From assembly GCF_006345805.1 (NCBI RefSeq), contig NC_043003.1:17298001-17362000 (forward strand): DNA of 64,000 nt, read 5' to 3'. A program made the position numbers and the translations under genes. Position 1 is the first letter of the stretch, and every line of letters begins with the position of its first letter. A model generated the notes under the pieces. The model had not been told where the DNA came from. It worked only from the letters and a program-made list of their open reading frames with translations, and ran no database searches. This stretch comes from Octopus sinensis. Taxonomy: Eukaryota. This document shows, in pieces, positions 1-11,600 of this stretch.

Positions 1-9
1 ACGCTCCCA

Positions 10-149
10 GACGATGAAGTAGGCTATCCCAATACGTAGATATAGAGGGAGAAGCCTAGACGTCAGGAGCACAGCTGTGTAGACTAGAACAGTAGTAGTG
101 GAGCAGAATAGAGTTGAGTAGTAGAGGCATCCGAACATGGGACATAACA
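10..149 (-). repeat. Unclassified dispersed repeat, inverted homolog of 5141-5271
   Basis: Shares gaagtag.cta.cccaatacgtagatatagaggga and gtagaggcatccgaac.tg.gacataacag with the reverse complement of 5141-5271. Confidence 0.7.
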
Positions 150-427
150 GTACAGACGAGGATTTCGTAGCTCACCTAGGATTTCGAAGTACACACAACC
201 ACTGTGTAGCATTGCGACATAAGAGGTGCAAAGGCCTTGCTACAGAATACAATCTAAGAAATGCGTGTTTACATAGACCCTGCCGTTTTGGATAGCCTGG
301 TGTTTGAGTTAACAGCAGTAGCAACTCTCCAAATGTTGGTGTAGTTAGTGTTATAGATGTCACATTGAGGAAAGTGGTGCTGGTCATGGTGAAGACAGGC
401 TGTAGGTTGGAAGCAGTGAAGTCTTCA

Positions 428-595
428 GCAGGAGTGGCTGTGTGGTAAGTAGCTTGCTTACCAACTACATGCTTCCTGGTTCAGTCCCACTGCGTGGCAC
501 CATGGCCAAGTGTCTTCTACTATAGCCTCGGGCCGACCAAAGCCTTGTGAGTGGATTTGGTAGACGGAAACTGAACGAAGCCCGTCGTATATATG

Positions 596-659
<64 letters not shown>

Positions 660-889
660 GTGTATATGTTTGTGTGTCTGTGTTTGTCCCCCCACCATTG
701 CTTGACAACCGATGCTGGTGTGCTTACGTCCCCATAACTTAGTGTTTCAGCAAAAGAGACTGATAGAATGAGTACTGGGCTTACAAAGAATAAGTCCTGG
801 GGTCAATTTATTCGACTAATGGCGGTGCTCCAGCATGGCCTGCAGTCAAATGACTGAAACAAGTAAAAGAGTAAAGAGAGTAAAGAGTA
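428..889 (+). mobile_element. tRNA-derived SINE, family A, full length
   Basis: Head gcaggagtggctgtgtggtaag...ggttcagtcccactg, core cc.tgggcaagtgtcttc, internal (TA)n, tail gactgaaacaagtaaaagag; more than 10 copies in the window. Confidence 0.85.
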
Positions 890-1160
890 TATTACCAACA
901 TACAATCAAATATGTAATTGATTTAAGTTCTTTTATAATGTCATCTGTAGGCAAAGTATGGTCAAAATGTTTTAGATGTTTGCTTCACAGCCACAAGGGC
1001 CTGCATTTGGTTTCATTGTATGAAATGTTGGAAAAATGCCATTTTCTGTAGCATCAGAGCAACCTTGTGAGTGAAAATGAGTCAATGGAAACTATATAGA
1101 AGTCTGTCATGTGAATTGTACTTGCAATTCAAAAGTCACCCACTCTGTCACAATGATTCT

Positions 1161-1576
1161 TATTTCTTTATTGCCCACACGGGGCTAAACATAGAGGGGA
1201 CAAACAAGAACAGACAAACGGATTAAGTCGATTACATCAACCCCAGTGCGTAACTGGTACTTAATTTATCTACCCCGAAAAGATGAAAGGCAAAGTCGAC
1301 CTCGGCGGAATTTGAACTCAGAACGTAGCTGCAGGCGAAATACCTATTTTTTTACTGCCTACACGGGGCTAAACAGAGAGAGGGCAAACAAGGACAGACA
1401 AACGGATTAAGTCGATTATATTGACCCCAGTGCGTAACTGGTACTTAATTTATCGTCCCCAAAAGGATGAAAGGCAAAGTCGACCTCGGCGGAATTTGAA
1501 CTCAGAACGTAACGGCAGACGAAATACGGCTACGCATTTCGCCCGGCATGCTAACGTTTCTGCCAGCTCACCACCT
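1161..1576 (-). mobile_element. SINE family B head-to-tail dimer with 13-bp TSD
   Basis: B-box-like gttctgagttcaaattcc and core ctttcatcctttcggggtcgataaa; TSD tcacaatgattct at 1148-1160 and 1577-1589. Confidence 0.85.
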
Positions 1577-1959
1577 TCACAATGATTCTACTTGAGAATT
1601 ACATTATGCATCCATGTGTCTACAGAATTCTCAGCCACTTACATGTTAATTCAAGAGAAGGTAATTTGATTGAAGAAAGAACTGAATCCTCATTATCAAA
1701 TGATCCAGGTCCACCGTAGTATCATCTCTTAAATTCATAAACAATAAAAATGACATAGAAGTGTTAGTTTTAAATCTTTTCCAAATTTTCCTGGTGACAA
1801 TACAGTGTCATTGAAATTATTTAATTGGAAGAGTTCTGAAATCTGTTTCGTACTCATATGGACAATACTTGCTTAGCTGCCAAGCTAACTTTATCAGGAA
1901 ATAAGATATTTCCTGATTATAGTTGTGAAACTAAATTTTCTTCAGTGTAGAAGCATTAA

Positions 1960-2422
1960 CCCTTTTGCTACCATATTTCCATTGAGATGCTCTGTGTTTC
2001 TTTCAGTTAATTTTAAATATAACAAGGATTTTAGTAAAATAATTTAGTTATCATTAAGCTAGTGTGAGGAGCATAATTTGTGACGAAGGTTTGGTGGAAG
2101 ATTCTAATTCAGAACTTGTGAGAACAAGATATATGATATACAGAGCCAGATGCAGTTTCAGGTGGGTTGGTATCAAAAGGGTTAGGAATTGTTTCTCTCT
2201 TATATATTTTACCGTATTTCTGTTGAGATGCTCTGTATTTCTTTCAATTAATTTTAAATATAACAAAGAATTTAGTAAAATAACTTAGTTATCATTAAGC
2301 TAGAGTTAGGAACATAAATTGTGGCTAAGGTTTGATGGAAGGTTTTAATTCAGAACTTTTGAACACAAGACATTTGTGCTTTAGAGCCAGAAGTGGTTTC
2401 AGCCAGGTTGGTATCAAAAGGT
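1960..2422 (+). mobile_element. Two tandem copies of a ~220-bp TTAA MITE (piggyBac-like)
   Basis: ttaa-cccttttg...caaaaggg-ttag (1960-2181) followed by a second copy ending caaaagg.ttaa (~2422); same family as 44159-44378. Confidence 0.75.
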
Positions 2423-2573
2423 TTAAGACAACTTTTTTTGAGGTTCATACAATACACTGCATTCAAATCAATTTAATATATAAATGATTCAATGGTATGG
2501 TTAACTTACATATATTCGCTTTCTTCTTACATGCGTCTGTTGAATTTTTATGATTTTATTTTATTTACTTCAG

Positions 2574-2819
2574 GCCAGGCTTTGAAATGTACATTCAAAA
2601 TCGAAACCAATGACTGTCCAATGCCTAAAGTTAAATTCTACCGAGCTGGACGTGAAATTGTCAATGACACCCGCTGTGCTATCCGTGTCAATGACTTGCT
2701 AAAATGTGCCAGTCTTGAAATCAAAAAAACTAAAATTCAAGATGAGGCTAAATATTCTGTGGTGCTGGAACATGACGGATACACATCTGATTCAACATCT
2801 TTCAGCGTTTTCATTAAAG
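2574..2819 (+). CDS. unc-22: Twitchin exon w1, I-set Ig domain (probably Ig7)
   Basis: tttacttcag|GC...AAAG|gtaagt, phase 1-1; [26 protein letters not shown]...[13 protein letters not shown]...FIK. Confidence 0.92.
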
Positions 2820-4389
2820 GTAAGTTACACTGGAGAAATTACCTGGTATTGTTGTGATATTCGTCTCATAATTTTAATTTTGATAATAGTGGAATATAAG
2901 ATCGATTTCTTACCTACAAACCAATTAGGACTTACATTATAAATTTCTTTATCAATCATCATCATGAAGTTGGGCTTGCTCAGTTTTGCCTGACTTAATT
3001 ACTTTCTTTATAGCTTTTAGCATTATACATAATTAAGTATAAAAACATATAGAAGAGAACACTCCTATCACTGTTAATATCTATTATGAATTATAGAATT
3101 GAATTTTATGTTATGTAATCTTTCATCAAATAATTATGATTTTATATATATTCAAGTACTCACATATATGCATACATAACTATATGTTAGAAGAAATGAG
3201 GTACTCAGAAATCTGGATGGTTTTATATTTTCAGATATTTATTAGTATGTTACATGTTTTTATAAATCATATATCATATATTAGCGCTTTCGTCCACTCT
3301 AGTGGATTTGTCAAATTGAACTTTTGCAGGAATTTTGTCTCTTTTTATAGTATTATTGAGTGTATGTATGTATGTGTGTATGTATGTATGAATGTATCTC
3401 TCTCTGTAAACACACATACATACACAAAGTCTGATTCTTCTGAATTATTTTTGACTTTTGAGTTAATTCTTTGATATTAAAAACATTTTTTATTCTAAAT
3501 GTCTTATCGTTCATTCTTCTCAGTACTCTGGAAGAGAATCGTGCAATTTGAAACATTAGGTCTAACATAGGATATATATATATATATCATACATTCATGC
3601 TTGTATGTGTGTGTGTATGTATATGTGTGAGTGTATGCCTATCTATATGTGTGAAAATGCTTGTGTGTCTAAGGTGTTTGAGCACTCCAGCCCCTCAACC
3701 CTCCCTGGTATAGTGGGAGGTGATGGATAATTGGATGGATAAAATTATTAAATAGAATGAATATAGCACTATGAGAAAGAACTATGATATTTCGAAATGC
3801 AATTTCAAAGTAAAATTTATTTCTCTCTAAAATATTTAATCTTTTATTTTTCTAGATCCTAAAGATTCCAGTTTAGATTTTCGTTCATTACTTAAACACA
3901 GGTAAGCACAAAACTTTATTTCATTTTCCAAAACTTTTTCTTTAACGCTTTTTCTATGTCAGTTGTTCTTCAGATGGTACAATTTAAATCTTAATTTGAC
4001 GAACATTTCAGTTATATTTGAAATGAGATCGTATAAGTTTTTAAGACCAACAGGAATAGCTGTGTGGTTCAGAAGTTTACTACAGCTACATTGTTTCACA
4101 TTAAGTCCCACTGCATGTCACCTTAAGAAGCAAGTGTCTTCTGCTATAACTTCAGGTCAACTAATGCCTTGTGTTTTGTGTGTGTGTATCTTTTTATTTG
4201 TTTCAGTCATTTGACTGCGACCATGCTGGAGCACCACCTATAGTCGAACAATTCGACCCCAGTACTTATTCTTTGTAAGCTTAGTACTTATTCTATTGGT
4301 CTCTTTTGCCGAACTGCTAAGTTACGAGGACGTGAACACACCAACATCGGTTGTCAAGCGATGGTGGGGGGACAAACACAGACACACAA

Positions 4390-4450
<61 letters not shown>

Positions 4451-5599
4451 CGACGAGCTTCTTTTAGTTTCCGTCTACCAAATCCACTCACAAGGCTTTG
4501 GTCAGCTTGAGGCTATAGTTGAAGACACTTGCCCAAGGTGCCATGCAGTGGGACTGAACCCGGAACCATGTGGTTTGTAAGCAAGCAACTTACCACACAG
4601 CCACTCCTGCATATGAGGAAAGATTTTAATGTTGGATGACTTTCTTTATAGTTGACTATTTAACTGTAAAGTGGTAGCATATCTATTTTCCATTTATTTA
4701 ACTATCGAAAAGATTGCAAGACGCAACGAAAATTTTAGGAAAATAAAAATAAGAAAAAAGTGGAAATTTTACCGGTGAGTGTGTTATATTATAAGGCACA
4801 AAAAGAAAATGACTCTCCCCAGACAAAAGAATATGCTTCAACACACGAACTCATATAAAGAATCTTGCAAACTAAATCCAAAAGCGAAATTTATTTAACA
4901 GTTTTGTTTAGATAAAAATTATACAGCGTATGATCATTCTCTTGCTGTCAGTTCAAATGTTGCCATAATGAGATTATGCTTTTAGTAGAATCTAAAAATA
5001 TATCATAAACTGGCTGCAATGCATTAACCTAACTCCATTGTTTCAAAAGCCTTATTTAATCACGTTTAGTATTGCTGTTTAAATTAAGAGATTAAATTAT
5101 TACTGTTAGTTATCAACCATTTGTTTTGAACATTGAGAACTGTTATGTCGCACGTTCGGATGCCTCTACCACTCAACTCTGCTCTCCTACTACTCTGCGC
5201 TACTCTTAGTCTCGACGTCTAGACTTATCCCTCTATATCTACGTATTGGGCTAGTCTACTTCGTCGACACAACTGGAACAAAATTATCCATTAGGAAATA
5301 TATGAATGTAAGGATAAACATTTCAGTGAAATAATCCTTGCTGTTGTTTTATCATAGGGAAATGAAATGGTTTATTTCTTCATACTTCTCCCCAGTACTC
5401 TTTTACTTGTTTCAGTCATTTGACTGCGGCCATGCTGGAGCACCGCCTTTAGTCGATCAAATCGACCCCAGGACTTATTCTTAGTAAGCCTAGATTCTAT
5501 CGGTCTCTTTTGCCGAACCGCTAAGTGACGGGGACGTAAACACACCAGCATCGGTTGTCAAGCAATACTAGGGGGACAAACACACACACACAAACATAT

Positions 5600-5650
<51 letters not shown>

Positions 5651-8600
5651 TACGACAGGCTTCTTTCAGTTTTCCGTCTACCAAATCCACTCAAGGCATT
5701 GGTCGGCCCGAGGCTATAGCAGAAGACACTTGCCCAAGATGCCACGCAGTGGGACTGAACCCGGAACCATGTGGTTGGTAAGCAAGCTACTTACCACACA
5801 GCCACTCCTGCGCCTATAATATTTCAAATTTCACTCCTAGTCTATTGCAGGTGAAACACTGGTCACACCATTTTGCTCAGATTCAGAGAGCCATCTCAAG
5901 GACATGGCCACTGCCCGTCCTATTCTGACTAATTTATGAAAGAGGAACAGTAATATATCTGTAAACCCTCGTTCTTCCCCGTAACTTAGCGGTTCGGCAA
6001 AAAAGACCAATAAAATTAGTACTAGGCTTTCAAAGAATAAGTCCTGGTATCGATTTGCTCTACTAAAGGCGGTGCTCCAGCATGGCTACAGTCAAATGAG
6101 TGAAACAAGTAAAAAAGAGAGTAGCACCTGTTTGATGAGGTCTACAATACTTAAAAGTTCTCTGATTAATTAATAAACGATTTATATATTAAAGCCTATG
6201 TACGAAAGTCAAGAAAACTAAGAAATGTTTAATTTTCTTTCTCTCAATTTAACAGAGGTGATAAAAAGACAGCTGATGATGATGATGACTTGGATTGGGG
6301 CCAGTTAAAACCAGGTAAATATATGTTTTTCTGTATCGAGTATCTCAAGTCATAAAAAGGAATTTTGTATGTTTACTATATTTATTATTGACCTTGGAAT
6401 TCAGAAGAAATTTTTAATTATTCCTTAAAATAAACTATTCAATTAGAATTTAAAATAATAAAGGAAGCATTAATGAATTCTGGCAACAAAAATGAAAGAT
6501 TTCTGCATAAAATAAATTCTGAAGATTTGAAATGAACTTTGCATTAGAAGAACTGATTCCCATTTCTGAAATAACTTATTAATATTATTATTTACTTCGA
6601 TAGACGAAGATGGATAATTTCCTAAGAAATATATTAAAAAATTAGAATTATCACTTTTATTAGTTTGATATTAATCTGCTAAAGGTCAGCAACAAATATA
6701 GAATGTATCATTAGAAACTAATACAAAATAATAAACATTTTTCTCATAGGTAATATATCTCTTCACAGATATTCAATTTTACTATTTCAAACTATTATAA
6801 ATGTTCCACTACTCCTGCTTAGATATAAACCTTACCAATATATATTATCCTGTAATTTATATTTAACATATAATGCCTTTTTGATTGCCATTGAATATTT
6901 TCATTGCTATTTTCATTATCACCATTCTGAATTTTAAAAACATTTATAATAATAATTTAAATATTCTTTTTATTAGATATGTTCCTAATTTATTGAATTT
7001 ATTTTTCTTGACAGCTTTTTTTGTTTTGAAACATATCGATTCTAGATATGGTTACATTGATACTATAAACTCCATAAGGGAGCAAATTTCATGAGAAACT
7101 TTTAAAAACTGGCGCTATATTTTCATCAAAGTCTAATATGCTAAAATAATGATCATAAATCTATAAACATAATGCGCTCATGCTATTTTTCTAGATCCTG
7201 TTTTCTACTTTTCTGTATCTATATTGATCAAAATAGGCTAGAACCTCACTCATTTGAATTCGAATGTACATCATAGGTATTTGATAAGTATAAGCTGCGC
7301 TCTTTAGATGATATGCTGAAAAACTATGCTTTATCCCATCAAGCCAATTTTTAGTGTACATGCCAAATGCTCCATTTTATTTCTTTGTTTCAGACTCCGG
7401 TATGACTTGCATAGGATGCATCATTTATTATGTTCCTTGTCTGGCGAAATATTTCTTCTCAATCTGGCAATCTCTTCTTGACATTTCTAAAATATATTTG
7501 TTGTTTTGTCTTTCGCTTGTCAATGTGTTTGTTGTACAAAGCTCTTCTATCACAACACTCTCACATCTATGTTCTCTTTCTTAGTCTAGATGTTGTTATG
7601 CTTTATGTTTTTTAGACCAAACACGATAAAATCTTTGAACAAAGCTCCAATATTTTTTATTTATCATAATTAAAAATATAACAATATTGATTATGACCTT
7701 TAACTATTGAAGTTATATTAGCAATAACTATTTGATAAAATGGGATACGAAGAGTTCTATTATCACAAATTACTTCATCAGTTATCAAGAAATTTTTTAT
7801 CACTCTCATTATTTTAATTAACATAGACTATGTTCTAATTGATAACTAATTGGTAAAGTTTAATCACTAATTATGAGAGTAATCAAAAGTTCAAGCAGAA
7901 AGTAAAACAGTATGATAATAGAAACTTTTATAAAAATATTTAGTTCTACTGAAACAAAAAAAAAAGAGAAAGAAATAGTAATTAAAAACAACAAACATAT
8001 GTAAAAAGGTGTCCCAGTTACTGCATAAGTTTGAAGCTTATTATCACATTTGGTCTAAATTTTAATAGATAATGGTTTCCAGCAATGACAAATTAATGAT
8101 GATGATGATGATCATCATCATTATCATTTTAACATCAAGCTTTCCAGATATTGCATATTTAAATAATACATATTTTAAATACATACACTAGAAATTGTAA
8201 CCATACATACATATACACACATATGTGTTGTGTGTATATGTATGTATGTGTGTAAGTGTATGTATGTTTATATGTATGCTTGTATATATGAATACAAATA
8301 AACAGTTCTTACAAGTAAAAAAAATATGGATCACTTGGAACAGATTATTGAACTTTTAAATTATCTGTTGATGAGTATGCCTTCTTCTGGACAAATGTCT
8401 ATATGTATGTGTTTGTGTATGTGTGTTTGTGAATGTGGTCCTTGCTGGAAAATTTTTTTTCTTTTCTGTCCGCTTTGCTAATCTTCTGCGCGTTCGTTAT
8501 TTGTTTTGCGCTTCACTTAACTTACTGATCGCAAGCTGCATAACATTAATTATTTTGTGCGAAAGCAAAATGGTAAAGCAATCTGCTGCTGAAAGGCAAA

Positions 8601-11600
8601 GAAAGCAAAAGGGGAGGATTCAGTTTTCCTAAAACTACTGCGAACTCTATGCAACAGCAAACTGCAAAGTACAGCGCCCAGCGTGCACAAAGCGATTTAG
8701 TCATTTTTCATAATGCTAATGAAATAGAGTGGAATGCTCATTTAGTGTGCTCATTTTTCAGTAAAACGTGACAAAGCCGATGATGGAAACAATAAGGGAA
8801 ATCACCAACTTAAAAAAATTGACAAGGGTCAGACAGGTATAAAATTCACCTTGTTAGAAGTGTCACTTCCATCCCATTTATTATTATTATTATCATTATT
8901 ATTATTATTCCTATTATTATTATCTGACCCTGGTTTTATTCCCTGCTTTAGTTCCTGTCACCTTATTATGCAAGACTTCCATGTTTAAACATAAGTTAGT
9001 TATTTTCATATTCTATTTTGTAATAAAATTGTATTCATGTAATATAAACTTTTATCAAAATATTTTATGAATGCTGCACTAAAAATGACAAAATATATTA
9101 ATAGCGGATTTTACTAAAACAGGAAATTTAATTTTCAGTTATCTCACAATATATCTAACTACAAACATAACAAACCAAAATAAACAAAATAAACCAATAA
9201 TAAACCACAAAATAAACCAATATTTCTAATTAAACATTGATGCATACCAAATCCATGTACTTTAATAATTTTAACTTATGTATTCAATACATTGCACTCA
9301 ATATTTTAAATACTGTTAAATAACCAGCATTAACTATTAAACTATTAAACTGACTTTTATTGACCTGAACTATCTTAACAAGAAGGACTGGTCACACAAT
9401 TTATCAATTAAGGAAATTAAATATTCTTTAATATTTTTATGCATTTCTTACAATAAATATGCATCTTATGATACCATAGTTTGAAAATATATTGAAAAGA
9501 ACCTTAAAATAATCTATTATTACTTTGTCAGTTGTTAGAAAGTTAAATTGCAATTAAGCAGTCTCAAACATAGGTTGAAATAACCAAGACATTTAGTTTA
9601 AGGCATAGTTTATCAATGAATTACCACAAATCTTACATGAGACTGTGAAACATTAAAATATCTATTTCATAATTTAAATATAACTATAAATAAATAAATA
9701 AATAAAAAGATAAATAAATAAATGTATATATAAATTTACAGATGATCACAATTTCCAAATAAAAATACAGTAAATCATTTATCTAAACAATTAAAATATA
9801 TTATTCTTCAATAAACTACTTGAAATATTTCTCTGTTGAACCATATGTTCTTCAAGGAATGTCAACCACCAAAATTAGATAACTATCCTGAAAATGATAA
9901 CATCCTTTCCAATCTGTAGTTCCCGTGTAGTCCAAATTCCTTTGAATACCTTCAAAGTAGAAGCTCTACTGTGGAAATATGAAACATATAATGATACTCT
10001 TCCTTATAAATAGAATTTGAAACATAAAGAAAATCAATTTTGTAATCAAAACTAAATATCTTTATATCATATTATCAAGAGTAAAAAATAAGAAGTAAAT
10101 AATATTAAAAAACATATTTCTGCACCCAAGAAATGTGTTGTCTATCTTAATAATTACGTGAACATAATTTCTTTTGTAAAACAAATATGAATTTTATAGG
10201 AAATCCTAATAATTTCTTATGTCATGTAAAACTTGTATTCATAAAAACTGAGTTTACTCTTACCTCGTGGATAAGTTATAGGAATGGAAACATTTATATA
10301 TAGGCTTAGTGAATACAATGGGAGAACATTTAAATTGTTGCAACTTTTGAATGATATTGACATTTTCTAATATTGAATGCTCTCCCTGCATTTCTTGACC
10401 TTCTTCCTTTTACAGTTGACAATAAAAGTCAATAAATCAGCTGAAATAAAGTTCTTTCTCTGAAGTCCTGATCATATGTGTTTAGATAAACTAAGATATA
10501 TTAATATTATTCTTCAAAATAATAACAATTTAAATTTTACTGTAAAGAATATGCTTTACTATTACTTTAAGTGAACTTTTCTCAAATATTTTCATATAAT
10601 GTAACAAAACAGAATCTGTCTATCTATCTATCTATCTATCCGCTCAGTCGAAGTTGACTCTCAGTTATTCGATGGATCAGTATCCTCCAGCCAGTTCTAT
10701 CCTGGGTCGCTTCTATCAGATTGGCTATGTCCATTCCCGTGTCACTCTTGATGGTGTCAGGCCAGCGGGTTCTTGTTCGGCCTCTTCCTCTCTTGCCACT
10801 GACCCTTCCGAGCATGATGTCCTTCTCCAGGGATTTTCTATGCATAATATAACCAGAATAATGCAACTTAAATATTGAGATCATTGTTAAGATCCTCTTC
10901 TGGTCTACATAATTCTTGATATTTCAATAATTAATAGTAGTCCAATTTTTAAATCAGATCAGCTGGTTTCAACTCTAGATATACATTTACTTTTTAAGTT
11001 TGACAACTTGGTTATGATACATTTTCTTTTTCATGTGTGTGTATGCAACTATTTAATTAGCTTGGAAATAATGAATACCGATAAATATATACTGACTTAA
11101 AATTTTCCACGTTTTTGTAATTAAAATTTAATGATATTATTCATCTCAACTTCACCTTGATAATATTTATCTAAAACACTTAAATGAAACTAAAATTTAC
11201 TTCTAGGTATGAGCCAAGCATATTATACAGCCTGCTTGTACATCTCATACAGAATTAGATGAAATATAATTTTGCTATTCTTTAAGGGGAAAATTCTTGC
11301 AGGTGTTAATTCAATACAGTTAATGATATTATTTATGTTTCAAATAACACTTAACTTAAAATATACACACACACACATTTATATTATATTATTATTAAAA
11401 ATTGTTTCATATTTCCACAGTAATGGTAGAGATAATTGATATTTTAAAAAATTTTATGTGTGTTTCTGCCTTTGCTTTTTACTTCCTTATTTAATTTTTT
11501 TTTTATCCTTGAAGAGTATTTATATAAAATACAAATTATAATTGCCAAACTTTGAATTTTTTCTATTGTCAATTATATCTATGGATATAAGAGTAAATTA

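Noticed and set aside
150-420. Possible LTR-retrotransposon internal sequence next to the TG-ended repeat
   Set aside because: No polypurine tract, primer-binding site or recognisable pol motif in the frames read.
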